Assembly (NCBI RefSeq): GCF_009914755.1
Contig: NC_060929.1
Length of the DNA: 64,000 nt
From: the human T2T-CHM13v2.0 reference genome, Homo sapiens
Direction: 5' to 3' (one strand)
Below the pieces are notes generated by a model. That model was not told the origin of the DNA and did no database searches. It saw nothing but the letters and a program-made list of their open reading frames with translations. The position numbers and the translations under genes were made by a program. Of this stretch, positions 13,640-26,810 are shown one piece after another; position 1 is the first letter of the stretch, and every line of letters begins with the position of its first letter.

Positions 13640-14454
13640 TAACTACAGTTTCTTTATCTGTAAATTGGAAATAACAATAGTCCCACTGATGAGTTATGGA
13701 AAGTAGGGCCTTCCACGGTGTCTGCATGTGGCAAACATTACCCATAGCTCCTGTTGGGTTTCTCGTGAGGAGTGTAACAGTTTGGCCATGCAGTTTTAAA
13801 TGCCACATGAGCGGCTAGGTGGGAGGGAGTACCGGGCCAATCCAACTCAGTCAACACAGGTCCCCCACACCATTTCCTCTGTGGCAGGTATAAGAGTCAA
13901 GGCCCACTTCAAGGCCACCAAAGTCCAAGCATCTCCCCAGTCCTAGCTTCCCCAGAGAGTCCTGAATGACAGGTATTCATTGGTTGTGATGGGGCTTGTC
14001 TGGGGTTGGGGACTGGGGGTGAGGAGTGGGGTGGGGTTTAAAAATGGAGGGCAGCGGTACCAGTGAAGGGGAAGCAGTGATAAAACCCATTTGAGTTTCT
14101 GCTCTGAAGCAGAGTCCATTAGGATGACGGCTCCTTGGACCAGGGAGCTGCGTCTGAGGGGCTGTGCCCAGTTCCATCAGTGGTGGGATTGGGAGTGGTC
14201 CATGAAAATAACTCACATGCATGTGTGGCTGGCTGAAGAAGCAGAGAAGCCTGCATGGGCAGCCAATCCCCATGCTGAGCGCTTTGCTTGGAATGGCTCT
14301 GATAAAGAAGCCCATGATGCTGGAAGGAAGGGCTCCCTGCAGGACCCTCTGGGATGATTCCCTGCCCATCTCCAGGACCACCCTCCAGAATATGGTCTAG
14401 GATGGCCTTGAGTGCGTAGGTTTCAGAATGTGGGAAGAAGGGGCAAGGAGAAAA

Positions 14455-14650
14455 AAACAAGCACCTATTGATCACCTGTGTTAGCTCATTCAGTCTTTCT
14501 AACATCTCTGCAGGTTAAATATTCTATCCCATTTTACAGAGGGCAAGCTAAAACTGAGAGATCTAAGATGATTTTGCCAAGGTTACACTGCTAGCAAATG
14601 GTTAGATTTGAACCCAAGACTCTAACTCCAAAGAGCCAAGCTCTTTACAG
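14455..14650 (-). mobile_element. MIR
   Basis: cccattttacaga...gccaaggttacactgctag...tttgaacccaag. Confidence 0.75.
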
Positions 14651-15749
14651 TGGATCAGTCCATCATCTCTTTACATTTTACAAGTTTGTGTCATGGTTTT
14701 AGACAATATGTTTGACATGCAAGACGCTCTGCTAACCTTAATGAAGGTGTGCATGTGAGATGCATGTGGGAGTCAGTGTCTCGGGTGGTGAGCTTCATCC
14801 AGACTCATTTCAAACTAGCTTGCACAGCAGAGCTTCCAGCAATGCAAATGCCAGGTTACTCGAGGCTCCCTCTAAGATGCAGGGACTCAAAAAGTTGTTT
14901 CTGAAGCTCCAGGGCCTTTATAACGGGGCTTCGAAAGCAGCAGAAAGAAACAGCACACAAAGTGTTTGTTTATTCTCTTGTATTCAAGAAAGAGCCAATA
15001 ATTCAAACAACTAATTCTAGAAGAATAGAATTCCCCCAGTCCCCACCTTAATACAGGCAGGCTCACCTGTCCATTGGTAAGTCAGCACATTTCTCTGTGA
15101 ACACTGATGCCCTGTGCCCATCACACCCATAGTATCAACTGTCAGGACAGCTGCCAGATGAAAGTGCTGTCATCATGGGCAGCTGCCTCTTGGACCAGGA
15201 GCTAAGGGAGAAACTCCTTCCTTAGAGACCCACGCCAGACTGCAGTGTTGTTTGAGAGACCTGAGTCTCTCAGGGATGTGTTCTGGAGATCTGCGAGCAG
15301 GACTGTATCCATGAATCAGGACTCTGTCTTAAGCCACAGTAGGGAAGAGGAATGGCACAATAGAGGAAACACCACCCCACGTAGCATGGAGCCATGGAGA
15401 GAGCATGAGTTTAGAAGCCAGGAGCGCCAGCTCTGCCAGCTACTGGCCAAACCACTGGGGGCCAGTGCCTCGGCCATCTGTGAACAGACACTGCTGGATA
15501 ATGATCTCAAAGCTCTCATCCTGTCTAACACCATCCAGTTTGAGACCTGCTTAATCAGTGGGGTTCTGGGAGGCCAGAGCTGGAGCTATGATCAGGGCTA
15601 AAATGCATACAGAAAGCACAGATGCTAGAAGCCAAATGGAGGTTGTCCAGGGGGTCCCCAACCATGGGACTGGAAGCAGATGTCAAAATCAAGGATCAGA
15701 GCTTCTGGGAAGCAGACACAGCAAGGGAACATGAGTAGTGTGAGCTCAC

Positions 15750-15955
15750 GCTGAGTGAGCACTGGCTGTGCACCAGTATTGAATAGGTATTAACTCCCTT
15801 CAGCTGCACAATTATGCTGTAGGTGAGTTTTACCTTGGGAAACCAAGGCACAGAATTTAAGTAACATATTGAAGCTCATGCAGCTGCTAACAGGGAAGGC
15901 CAGGGTCTGAACCCAGCTGATCCGGCTCCAGCATCCGAGCTCTGAACCACTGGTC
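15750..15955 (-). mobile_element. MIR
   Basis: gaaaccaaggcacagaatttaagtaac...tctgaacccag. Confidence 0.7.
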
Positions 15956-16059
15956 TATCCTGCCTCTGTTAGGACTTGGTCCAATGTCATCATCCTAGAA
16001 GGAACATTTAGGCCCGCACGGTGGGTGGCTGGTTCAATCCAGTTTAAAGGCCAGGAGCA

Positions 16060-16560
16060 GGACAGTGACTTGCAGCTGCAGCAATCCTATGACTCAAACC
16101 AAAGCAGCTGTGACAAATGAAGGGACTGACTCTCATTCTCCCGTGCTAGGGAAGGATGAGCTATCAGGCCTTGTTGCAGGCTGAGTCAGTCATCCCACAA
16201 ACCACCTAAGTGAAACCTCTTCACTGAGCCTTATTTCCTGAGCGCTCTCCCTTTATCTGTGCTTGCAAAGAGGTGTCTCCCTCCATGCCAGCCAACCCAC
16301 CCACCCCCGCACACACATACCACCTCTGGCTGGAACTGACGACCATGGGTTTTAGAAATGAGATAAATCTGGGAGATGAATGTATTCATGAGCCCATAAA
16401 GGGGTCATGAATCACTGGCCCCAATTACTGCCTTCAATCCTGACAGGATGAATTCCCTCAGGCAGATTCTCCTTGTCAGACAACACGGGAGGCAGTGTCA
16501 TGGCTGATCTAGAGCCACAGATAACATCATTATTCCATACCAGGCTGGTTTCGGTTTCCC
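16060..16560. promoter_or_regulatory. Candidate enhancer (2 AP-1, E-boxes, ETS, GATA, ISRE)
   Basis: TGACTCA 16090-16096, TGAGTCA 16182-16188, GGTTTCGGTTTCCC 16547-16560 in non-repeat DNA. Motif evidence only. Confidence 0.45.
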
Positions 16561-16600
16561 AAGCCACCTCCACTTGATTTACAGCTCACTTCTGATGCTG

Positions 16601-16667
16601 GAGAGAGAGATAAATATATATATATATATATATATGAAAGAAAGAAAGAAAAGAGAGAGAGAGAAAG
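16601..16667. repeat. Compound (GA)n-(AT)11-(GAAA)n-(GA)n microsatellite
   Basis: Read directly. Confidence 0.93.
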
Positions 16668-17694
16668 ACACAAAGGGGAAGCTTTCATGCCAAGTGGAAA
16701 CAAGACAAAATAAATGCACCGAATCCGATTTCAAAAGCTGTTTGAAAACTCTGTCCGGAATTGCTGGAAAGGGCCCCAGCATCCACAGGAAATGTATCCC
16801 TGCCAAGCCCTGTGCTACTGAACTCTGTGGCCCCCACTCCTGCCTCCCGGTGACTTGTTTAGAACTACTTCAGATCGGAACAAATCACAGCCAACTGCAG
16901 TCGCTGTCTCTAGCCCTTCAATCACTCCTAATCAGACCGTGTATTTTAGCAACAGAATCTTCCCTGGCTGAGGAGCTCATTCATCTGCCTTCCACCAGCT
17001 CGACACCCTTTGAATGGGAGATGAGGGGAAGCCACCTGCTTCTCTGGCAGCCAAGGGAAGCTGGGAGGAGGCAGGAATTGCCAGCCCTCCCTCTCTGATA
17101 GATCACCAGTGGGAGTCCAGACCAGCAGGAACCAGGAAAGGAGGTGGCAGGTCAGAGAGAAGGCACTGAAAAGGGTCATCTGAGTCCATGTTTGGTGAAT
17201 GCCCACCTTGAGCTGGACACCTGGCTGTGGTCCCTGGAGTTGGATAGCCTGGGTTCAAATTCTTTAACTACCATTTTCTGGCCAACCCATTCTCTGTGTG
17301 CCCCGGACAAGGTACCTACCCTGTGAGTATAGAAGCAAACCCCCAGAAAAAAGCAAGTGGAAAAAGCAAAGAACCAGGACATGGGTGGACTCAAGTCCTA
17401 GAGAGGCTCAGGAAACTTTTATCCAAAGACACAGAGGAGCTGGTTGCAGAGGAGAGCTTAAACTCACACAGAGAGGGGAGGCCTGGGAGGTGTCAACAAG
17501 TTATCTTCTCACTTCAGAAGGGCCCTCTCGAGAACAGGGATTTCCCCTGCTCTGCAAGGGACCAGTGGACAGAAGTCAGCAGAGGCCATGTAGGGGCAGG
17601 AGCTTCCTGTCATCATAGATGCCAAAGCTGAAGCAGGATACTGAATGCAAACAGGCCCTGAGGCCATCTGATGTGCTCGTTCCCATAGCCCCGC

Positions 17695-17705
17695 TGTGTG
17701 TGTGC

Positions 17706-17739
<34 letters not shown>
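17695..17739. repeat. (TG)n microsatellite with a CGCG interruption
   Basis: About 45 nt of alternating purine-pyrimidine. Confidence 0.97.
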
Positions 17740-17742
<3 letters not shown>

Positions 17743-18269
17743 GTGGGGTGGGAGGGGAGGCAGAAGAGGAAGAGAGGGCAGAGAGCCAAAGACTGAGGCC
17801 CCGGCCCATAAGTAAGGCAGTTTGCAGATCTCAATATCCTGTGCAGACCCACAGGCTGCCGTGGGGTTGAGGGCTGCTGGTGTCTTAACCAGAGGCAGAG
17901 ACTGGAAGGAGCACCAGATAGAACTGACTCACTCCTCCTTCCTCTACCACATTTCTTCTCTGAAAATTTGCCATTAATCACAGGTGACGATGGAATCAGC
18001 AATTAACATGAGCTAAAACAAACTACTAGGCATACAGTAGCGCTCAATAAGTGCTAGCTATTATGATTACAATGGAGGGAAAAGTTGTCACCGCAGCACA
18101 CCGTGCATCCCTTTTTGGTCTGGGGCCTCTCATCCAGACACAGGTAAGAAGACTCCTCACTCCCCGAGGAATCGCGTGCAATGTCATGATGGCATCTGAT
18201 TTAGTTTTCCCACATCTCAAATGAGATCAGGGCAACTAGTCTTACTCAACCCTTCAGACTTACATACCC

Positions 18270-18390
18270 TGTGTATCAAGGAATGAGTCTCCCATCATTG
18301 GAGACAATCAAGTAGAGCCTTTCTGGTGGAGGAGAAGGAAGTAGACAAGTGGAGCTCAGAGGTGCCCTCCCACCCCGAGATTCCATGATG
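18270..18390 (+). mobile_element. L3/CR1 3' end relic
   Basis: gagtctcccatcattggagacaatcaagtagag...gaggtgccctcccaccccgagattccatgat. Confidence 0.55.
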
Positions 18391-18739
18391 CTCAGGACTG
18401 TGGAATGAGCACGGGAGTGTGATGGACCTAGGGGTGGGGAAGAGCTAGAAGTCAGAACACTGGCAGAAGAGGAAGAAACCAGACAACCTGGAAGCCAAGC
18501 AGATGAGTTTCACCTGCATATCCTCTCCTCTTCCCCCTTCCTCCAGCGTTGACTTATGGGAGGTATTTCAGTGAGGACAAAAGAGGACTTAGTCAAACAA
18601 GCACTTATTGAAAGAAAATATATTCTACACAGCACTTCCGTCCTTTTAAAGTGATTCACTCCCTTTCCACTGCCTATTCTGTTTAGGAGAAAAGTGGAGC
18701 TTCTTAGCTTGGTGCCCAAGGTCCTCATCAATCCTAAGA

Positions 18740-18965
18740 TGACATTTATTGAGAGCACATGATGTGCCAGGCATTGTTACAGGCACCAGCTCATTCAAGC
18801 CAAATAAAGACAACCCTGTGGTGTAGGTTCTCTCAGGGTCACCCCTTCAGATGAAGAAACTGAAGCCCAGAAAGGTCAATTAACTTGCTCAGGGCCACAC
18901 AGCTAGTTAGTAGTAGAGCTGGGACCTGAACTCAGGTAACTGGTCCTTACGCTACTGTTCTTAAT
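18740..18965 (-). mobile_element. MIR
   Basis: cagatgaagaaactgaagcccagaaaggtcaattaacttgctcagggccacacagctag. Confidence 0.8.
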
Positions 18966-19019
18966 CCCGTACTTAAGTCGACCAGCCCTGCCCTGCCTTG
19001 GCTCCAGCCTCACCTTAAG

Positions 19020-19820
19020 TTTCTCACCACCTGGAGTTTTTGGCCAATGCCACACGGAATGACCAGCATTTCTCTGAACACATCATGCTGTATTTAGCGT
19101 CCAGGCTTTAGCACAGCTGTTCCCTGTGCCTGGAATTCTCTTCCTTTTTTGTTTTTTTCTCACCCAAAACCAGCTTGTCCTTTAAGATCCAGCTTAATGT
19201 TCTCCTACTCTTGGGAGCCTTTTTTGGTGCCCCCAACCCCATCAGGCCACGTAGCACCTGGTAGCACCAGGTAGCACCCCATCCTCTGTGTGCCCACGCC
19301 TACCTCCTCTCTACCTCACCCACCCTGGACAGACCCTCACACCACACTTCTCACATTACATTGAAACTGATGACTGCCTTGTCATCTTCTCCCTGGAGCA
19401 TGTCATTCATGGCTGTCTCCTAAGGGCCTAGCTTGGTCCCTGCATTCAGTAGGCAGGTACTATTTGCAGGGGCAGGACAGCAAATGGTTAGAGCTTAAGC
19501 TCTGCATCCAAAAGGGCCTGGATTCAGATCTCCACTCAGCCATGTGTTAGCTGTGCGACCCTGGGCAAGCTAGCCCGCTGCTCCTCACACTCCACGGTCG
19601 CTGTGAGGTGTAATGAGATCGCACATATAAATTGATTAGTGCAGGGTCTGGAATGCAGCAAGCAGATGGCCAATGAATGTTTGGCAACACTGCACTTCAG
19701 AATCGGGCTCTACCTAGACAGACTTCATATCAAATTCCAGCTCTCCCACTTACCAGCTGTGTGACCTTGAACAAGTCACTTAGCCTCTCTGAGTTTAATT
19801 CCTCCTCTATAAAATGGGCT
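19020..19820 (+). mobile_element. L2 relic followed by two MIRs
   Basis: gctgttccctgtgcctggaa (L2); ccagctgtgtgaccttgaacaagtcacttagcctctctgag (MIR). Confidence 0.7.
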
Positions 19821-22169
19821 TCATATTTTTAAAATGGCAAAGATTCTAAAGATTACAAACACAACACCTGCGTCGCTTCCCTCTGTGTACAGAGCAGCGT
19901 TGTTGCAGTTTGCGCGCTAAGGCTGTAGACTGGGCTGCAGTGCCTTTTAAATACACCAGCTCCTGGTTTGAAGCTAATGGGACACATGCCGGGGACGGCT
20001 GGGAGTCACAGCGGTGTAGAGGAGAATATGGCTTCAAGAAAATGACATTTGGAAGTAATTATGGGAGCAATGGATCGGAACCACAGTCAGCTGCCAGCTA
20101 TCCCCAGAGACATCACAGGAGAAGGAGGCAGAAGCTGGAACATCATCCGGGAGCTGGACTAGAACGTCCCGGGAAACTTCAGCCTGGCTTCTGCTTTGTC
20201 CCGAAAACCCAGGGCTCCAGCTCCAGGGCTCTGTCTTAGAATGAGGCAGTTTATCTGTTCAGGGCTTCTCTTAGTTTTTAATCCCAATAGGACACATGTT
20301 GTATTAAAAAGCCATGCGAGACGGAAGAAGGAAATTGAATGAAATTTGAGGGCAGGTAGGAGCAGAGACAATAAATAATTCAGCAGTGAAGGAAGCAGAA
20401 AAAAGATTGCACTCATTTCGCCCTTCAACAATTATACTAAACACCTGCTCTGGGCCACAGAAGGGCCAGATCCCATTCCTGTGCTCAGGAAGCCCACAGG
20501 CCGGCAGGGAGAGGCTGGTTGGAATGTGTGCTTTGCACTGTAACGGAGGCATCGAGCATGGTAAGGGACTGGCGGTGGCTGCTGCCTGCGGACGTCGAGC
20601 AGGGGCCTTTGAAGAGGCAGGACCTGTCTGGAGTCTTACCTGGGCCTTGGCCCTGGCAATGGGGAATGGAGCAGGCAGCAGGGGACAGATGCTGCCAGAA
20701 ACCGAGATGGTGCCGGAGGACTGGGCTGAGTCTGGGTCAAATGACACCGCCCCAGGCTCTCTGCCCTCTGGGGTGAGGCAGGAGGCTGCCTCTGTGTGTG
20801 ATTCAGAGACCCTAGAATCCCAGTGGCCATCACCCCACAGCACATGCCAACCTTTCTGTGATAACTTTCTCTTGTGGAACTGTGAAAGTGTAAGACCAGC
20901 TCCTGTATAGTGCATGGCCATCCTTTGCTTTGGGGACAGTAAGTCAGTCAACACATACTTATAAATGGGGTCCTGGGCCGTGGCACTGATCTGGTCCTCC
21001 CACCTTGCCTCACACTGCCCTTCCCACTCACCACTTCCCTCCTCTGCATCTTAGCCGCAAGGGACTTTCAGACCAAGCAGACCTGGAATCAAATCCCACC
21101 GCTGGGCCTCAATGCCAGTGGAGACAGGAACAGCTGATCCCTGGAGCCCTCAGGAGGAAGAGGACGGGATGCCTGGCTTGGCTGCTGGTCTGGGGCAGGT
21201 GCCCAGTAACAGCAGTTGGAAAAATCCTCAGTGTTGGAAGGAAATTTGGAAGTGAGCATCTACCTGCCTGCCGTGCAGTTTGTGACTTTTAAGATGGTTG
21301 ACAGAACATTCCCAAAGGACCACAGCGGTGACCACTGTTCTCGTTTCCCTTTGGTGGCTCACTCACTCAGTGCTGGACACAGTGGTCCTGACAAGACAGT
21401 GCTGTGGCTTCCATGAACCTAGGACAGGGATAGACTCAAGGACTAAGAACAAACCAGGAAGAAGCATCACCACAGGCTCCTTGCCAGTCACCTCATCTCA
21501 CCCTCCTGGCCCTGGCGGATGGGTCTCCATATTTACAGGGGCCAGATGAAAAAACCAGAGGAGCCAGGAAAAGGAGCTTCCCCTTCCCAAGGGCGCAAGG
21601 TGAGGTGCCAGTCATGAGATGCAAGCCCTGAGCTTTCTGATTCCACTGCATGTGGTCCCAAGGTTCGGCGCCGCATCACACAGTTAGTGAGCACACTCTC
21701 CTCCCCTGGCCCCGAGTGAGCCAGCTGGATGGCAGATCAGAAAGAGAAGTCCCGGGTGCCCCCAACATGGCTAGCTCCTTCCAGGACCAGGGGCTAGGCC
21801 CCAGCTAAGGCTGGTGCACACAGCAGGGCAGGGGGCGAAGGAGTGGGATCCCACCCAGGGATCCCACCCACCCCAAACCTGCTTTCGGACATCTTTCCAA
21901 TGCATAATGTGCAGATGAGGCCCTTTGATAAGGACCAAATCCCTTTCCGTTGCTTGGCAACCTGGCTCACAAGTCATAGCAGGGAAGTAATTTACAGGAA
22001 TTCAAAGTGTCGCTGGAGGTTCTACTGAGCTGAATTGCTGCAAAGAGGAACCTCAATGGTCCAAATCACACCTCTGGCGGGGAGGAGGGGCTGAAGGAAA
22101 AGCTTCCACTTCCGTCACTTGAGAGTACAGAGCCCTGAGCTCAGACTCAGCGATCGTTTTCCATTAACG

Positions 22170-22950
22170 GATTTACTGGTTCCATGTTGAGCTCCTGCTG
22201 TGTGGCAGGCCCTGTGCTGGGAGCCAGGGACACAGTGACAAACGAGACAGATGCCAACCCCGGATGCACAGAGCTCAAAGAGACAGAGGAGTAAACAGGG
22301 CTACACATGTGACAAGATAGGCTGTGCACAGGGGTCTGAGCAGGACCCTTGGGGCAGGAGGAGGCAGTGGAGGGATGGGAGGGTAGGGACGCAGTGGTGA
22401 CCAGCTAGCCAGATAGAGAACAGAGGGTGTCCCAGCACAGGGCCACACAAGCAAAGGCAGAGGTGGGGAGAGAAGAGCCTGCCACACTCTCAGATCACCA
22501 TGTGGTTGGGCCAGGGCCCCAGCTGAGGCTGAGGACACATGGAGCCCAGATCCGGCAGGGCCTTGAATGCCAAGTCAGAAAGCATCTGAAATTTAGTCTA
22601 CAGATGATGTGGGTTATTGACAGCCAGGACAGGGAATGACATTTGTGTTTCAGGAAAACCACTGTCTTCACTGTTAGGGGGTAGATTCAGGGAGAAACAG
22701 GAGGTGGAGGGGAAGAAACTGTGAGTAAAGGAGTCTCTGGGGTACAGGTGAAGTTTCTGTGAAACTGGAGAAGAAAACTGTTGAGGCAAGAGTTGACAAA
22801 ACTTGAAGTAGGATGGAGAGGAAGGGACAAGTTCCCCTGGCATGGTGACGGCCCGGTGGTGGGAACCAGGGAAGAGGAGGGGCTTTGCAGGTGTCTGACT
22901 TGCCCAACAGGTGGCGCCATTTACCAAGATGGGAAGGGCCGGGGAGAAGG
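22170..22950 (-). mobile_element. L2 relic
   Basis: ttgagctcctgctgtgtggcaggccctgtgctggg...gggccttgaatgccaag...gccatttaccaagatggg. Confidence 0.7.
22901..22919 (+). promoter_or_regulatory. CTCF-like motif (forward)
   Basis: TGCCCAACAGGTGGCGCCA compared with consensus TGGCCACCAGGGGGCGCTA. Confidence 0.4.
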
Positions 22951-24159
22951 GAGGGTTCCATTCTAGGGAAATCTCAGGTCCTCGCTATTAGGATTCTTTC
23001 GGTTGCCAGTGACTGAAACCCAACTGAAATGGACTTGGGAACATACTGGTTCATGACATCTGGTGAAGGTGAGGTCAGGGTGCACTGGAGCCCTGGCAGC
23101 CCACTCTGATGCCAGAGCCCATGGGGACAGCGGTGTATGTTGGACACAGTAGTCCTTCAAGGGCGGGGATCGGAGGAACAGAAGAAAGGAACAGCAGATG
23201 CCCCACTGAGGCTGAGCAGAACATTTAGGATCCTTGGCCCCATCTCATTGTGCCCTTTGCTGTGGCTCATCTCACACTTGCAGGGAGAAGCCAATGGATC
23301 TCTGTGAATGGCGAGGCTTTGTATGCATAAATGTGGGCCATTTTGTCCCCAAGAATCCCTGGGGGTGAGGAAGCCACAGAAAATTGAGGTCCTATTCCCT
23401 GCTCATTCCTGGTATGTAGTGGAAGCTGGAGAGCCTTTGTCCAGGCACTGACAGCAGGAGGTTTCATGCAGAGCTGCTCAGGGCATTTCCCAGATCTGTC
23501 CCACCCCTGGGAACTGGCTCAGTGGCCTTGCCCCACCAGAAGACTGGGAACTGCACCCAAGACAGGTTCAGCCCCCCCAGGAGAGGACCTGCTGGTGTGC
23601 GTGTCCACACACAGCACAGAAGCAAGGAAGATCTGGCAAACAACCTTCAACAAAAAAGAGGCCATTTGCACTGGCCACCTGTGCTGCTTCTTTCCTGAGC
23701 AGACTTGGTTCTGAGCCAGGGGGTCTCCCTCTTTCCCTCCTCCAGCTCAGGAAAGGACTCAGGCACATGTCCACCCAACCTGCAGGAGAGTGTGGCACAG
23801 CAGTGAAAGGCCTGGGCTTCGCAGGCCAACTTGGGTTTGATTTTTGGCTCTGTGTCACAGGCCTCATGAGATGTGCTCACCTCTTAGCTCCCTCATTTCA
23901 GAATGGGGATGAGAATCTGCCATGCCCCTGCCCACCAGCCACCTGCCCACCCTCCCTTATCATGTGCCCCGACCTCCCATGGGTGCTGCTCATCTGAGTC
24001 CCTCTGTCCTCACTATGACGGCTGGTCTGGGAACCCCTCTGGCCCTACTCTGCTTCAAGACCATTTAGCCTCTGCTCCTGCTTCCTTATTTTCTTGCTAT
24101 TTCCCAGCTGCAATTTCTTTGCAAGACAGGGAAAGGATTGGATATACTCAGCCCATCTT

Positions 24160-25190
24160 AATTTTTTTACTGTGGGAAAATACACATAACATAAAATGTA
24201 CTATTTTAACCATTTTAAAGGATGCAATTCAGTGGCATTAATTACATTCACAACGGCATGCAGCCATCACCACTATCTGGTTCCAGAACTTTCTCATCAC
24301 CTCAGATGGAAGCCCCGTATTCACTAAGAAGCCACTCCCCATTCCCACCTCCCCCAACTCCTGGCAACCACCAATCTGCTTTCTGTTTCTGTGGATTTGC
24401 CTATTCTGGATATTTCATTTAAAGGCATCGTGCAATATGTGGCCTTTTGTGCCTGGCTTCTTTCTCTCAGCACCATGTTTTAGGGTCTATCTACGTTGTA
24501 GCATGGGTCAGTACTTCAACCCTGTTCTTTTTTTTTTTTTTTTTTTTGAGATGGAGTATCCCTCTGTTGCTCAGGCTGAAGTGCAGTGGCACGACCTCAG
24601 CTCCCTGTAACCTCTGCCCCCTGGGTTCAAGTCATTCTCCTGCCTCAGCCTCCCATGTAGCTGGGATTACAGGCACGTACCACCACACCTGGCTAAGTTT
24701 TGTATTTTTAGTAGCGACGGGGTTTTGCCATGTTGGCCAGGCTGGTTTTGAACTCCTGACCTCAGGTGATCTGCCCACCTCGGCCTCTCAAAGTGGTGGG
24801 ATTACAGGCGTGAGCCACCACGCCTGGCCACTTCATCCCTTTTTATGGCTGAGTAACATTCCATTGTGTGGATATACCACACGGTTTTGTTTATTCATCA
24901 GTTGATGAACCTTTGGATTGTCTCACATTTTGACCATTGTGAATCATGCTGCTATAAATATTCATGTACAAGTTTTTATTTGAACACTTGTCTCTAATTC
25001 TTTGGGGTATATACCCAGGAGTGGAATCGTTGGCTCATATGGTAACTCTGTGTTTAACTTATTGAGAAACTGCCCAACAGTTTTCCATAACAGCTGCACC
25101 ATTGTACGATCCCTCAAGCAAGGTGCAAGGGTATCAGTTTCCCCACATCCTCATCAATGTTCTTGTTTTTATGGTCCTTCCAGTGGGTGT
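24160..25190 (-). mobile_element. L1MB-type 3' end split by an Alu
   Basis: ctggcaaccaccaatctgctttctg...ggatttgcctattctggatatttcat; atacccaggagtggaat...atatggtaactctg. Confidence 0.9.
24527..24829 (-). mobile_element. AluS (Sx-like)
   Basis: Full Alu; TSD acttcaaccct / acttcatccct. Confidence 0.95.
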
Positions 25191-25909
25191 GAGGCTCTTT
25201 TTACTTTTTAATCACCAGGCAGAGATCTCTCAACCAACTATAAAATGATTAAATGACTGATAGCCTTTGTGATCAATCAGACTGGCTGGAGAACAGGAAG
25301 ATGAGAGGAGCCTGGAGTCCCTGACCCAGAAGGTGGCCATCTCAAATGTTTTTTCCATCTTCCAGGGCTGTGGACTGGGCAGTTTGGGACCCGGGAGGGG
25401 CAGGCCGTGAGACCTGTCTAGTGCACATGTGCGACCTCATCCGATCCTCATAGTAACACTTACTAAAATTCTTAACCATTACCCCACCAGTCTATGTCCA
25501 CACGGCCACGCTCACAGCCGTCCCTGCAGTGTCCCAGGCCCACTCTCACTTGTTCTTTGCAGAACCTCATGATGAATGCAGCATCCACTGTTTCCTTCTT
25601 CTGCTGCTCTGGTTCCCCTCCACCGAAGCACTACTTTGTCCAAGAAACTGCTCCTTCCCACCAGGCAGCGCCCTAGGCTGGGGCCAAACTAGCCAGTATC
25701 AACCACAGGCTTCTGTCCCCTGGCCTGAGATCAGATTCTTAGCTGCACAGCTGCCCCTGAGAGTTCCTTTCCCCAGGATGTGTTCTCAAGCGGGCAATGC
25801 CTCAAGCCTCCTGTTGAGGCTAGAGGAAGGACCACCTCCTGTTCACCAGCATGCACAGACTAGACAGGACGGCTCCGTCTGTCGCGCTTCTGTTGGTCTC
25901 TCATGCCCA

Positions 25910-26360
25910 AGGGTGTGGCTCTGGGATCAGCCTGCCCTGGTTCGGATCTACTTAATTGTCACTGTCACTTTCAGCTCGTTATTTAGCCTCCAGTGCTTCC
26001 ATTTTCTCAGGGGTGTAGTGGGATGATGAAAACAATTCCCGTTTCGTAGAGTAGTGATGAAGAGTAAATGAGCTAATCCCAGTAAAAAGCTTTAACTCCT
26101 GAGCCACAGTAAGTGCTCAGTTTATCTAAGCATCATTATCAAACATAAACAATCATTTACAGAGTGATGACCACCGTATGCTCCAAACCCAGGGCTGGGG
26201 GCCTTTCCTACTTCTACAGTGACCCTTAGAGGTGAGCAGTCTAGCCCCCACTTTAGGGATAATGTGACGAGGTGCTGAGAGGTCATGATCTCCCAGCAGT
26301 GAGTGACAGAGCCTGAGGTGAACCCCAAATCTGTCTGACTCTAAAGTTCATGCTCATTCC
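25910..26360. mobile_element. Two MIRs tail to tail (+ then -)
   Basis: cagtaagtgctcag tail; gaaccccaaatctgtctgactctaaag. Confidence 0.6.
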
Positions 26361-26700
26361 AATCATGGCAAAGAAAATGCAGTGTCTTCTCACGAAGGGT
26401 TCATCCCTGCCTCCTCAGTGGCTGTTTCAAGGAGGGCCCTTTGGTTTGCCCAGATAGACTATTCACACTGAAAGTGACAATGGAGAAACTGGCCAGGACA
26501 CTCCAAGGTCACAGAGAGGTTTGTGGAGGTGAGATGAGGGTCTCAGCCGGCGGGGAGGGATTCCGGAGGGCAGCAATCCCTAAGGTGGAGCCTTCCAGCC
26601 ACAGGATGTGTGACGAGAAAGTTTTCCCTCTTCTCCCCTCACAGCCCACAACAAAATCTACATGGCTTGCCAATATTCTTGGAGAATGAATTTGGGGGGC

Positions 26701-26810
26701 TGTATTTGTTTCCCATGACTGCTACAACAAATTACCACAAACTGAGTGGGTTTAAAACAATAGACATTTATTCTCTCACTGCCCTGAAGGCTAGAAGGTC
26801 CAGATCAAGG
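26701..26810 (-). mobile_element. MLT1 LTR terminal fragment
   Basis: caacaaattaccacaaactgagtgggtttaaaacaatagacatttattctctcac. Confidence 0.8.

Noticed and set aside
14842-14849. Octamer ATGCAAAT (also 39554-39561)
   Set aside because: One or two copies are expected by chance in 64 kb, and there is no supporting context.
20304-20954. Overlapping 216-aa (-) and 174-aa (+) ORFs
   Set aside because: No recognisable domain or exon structure; such lengths can arise by chance in GC-rich DNA. PhyloCSF would decide.
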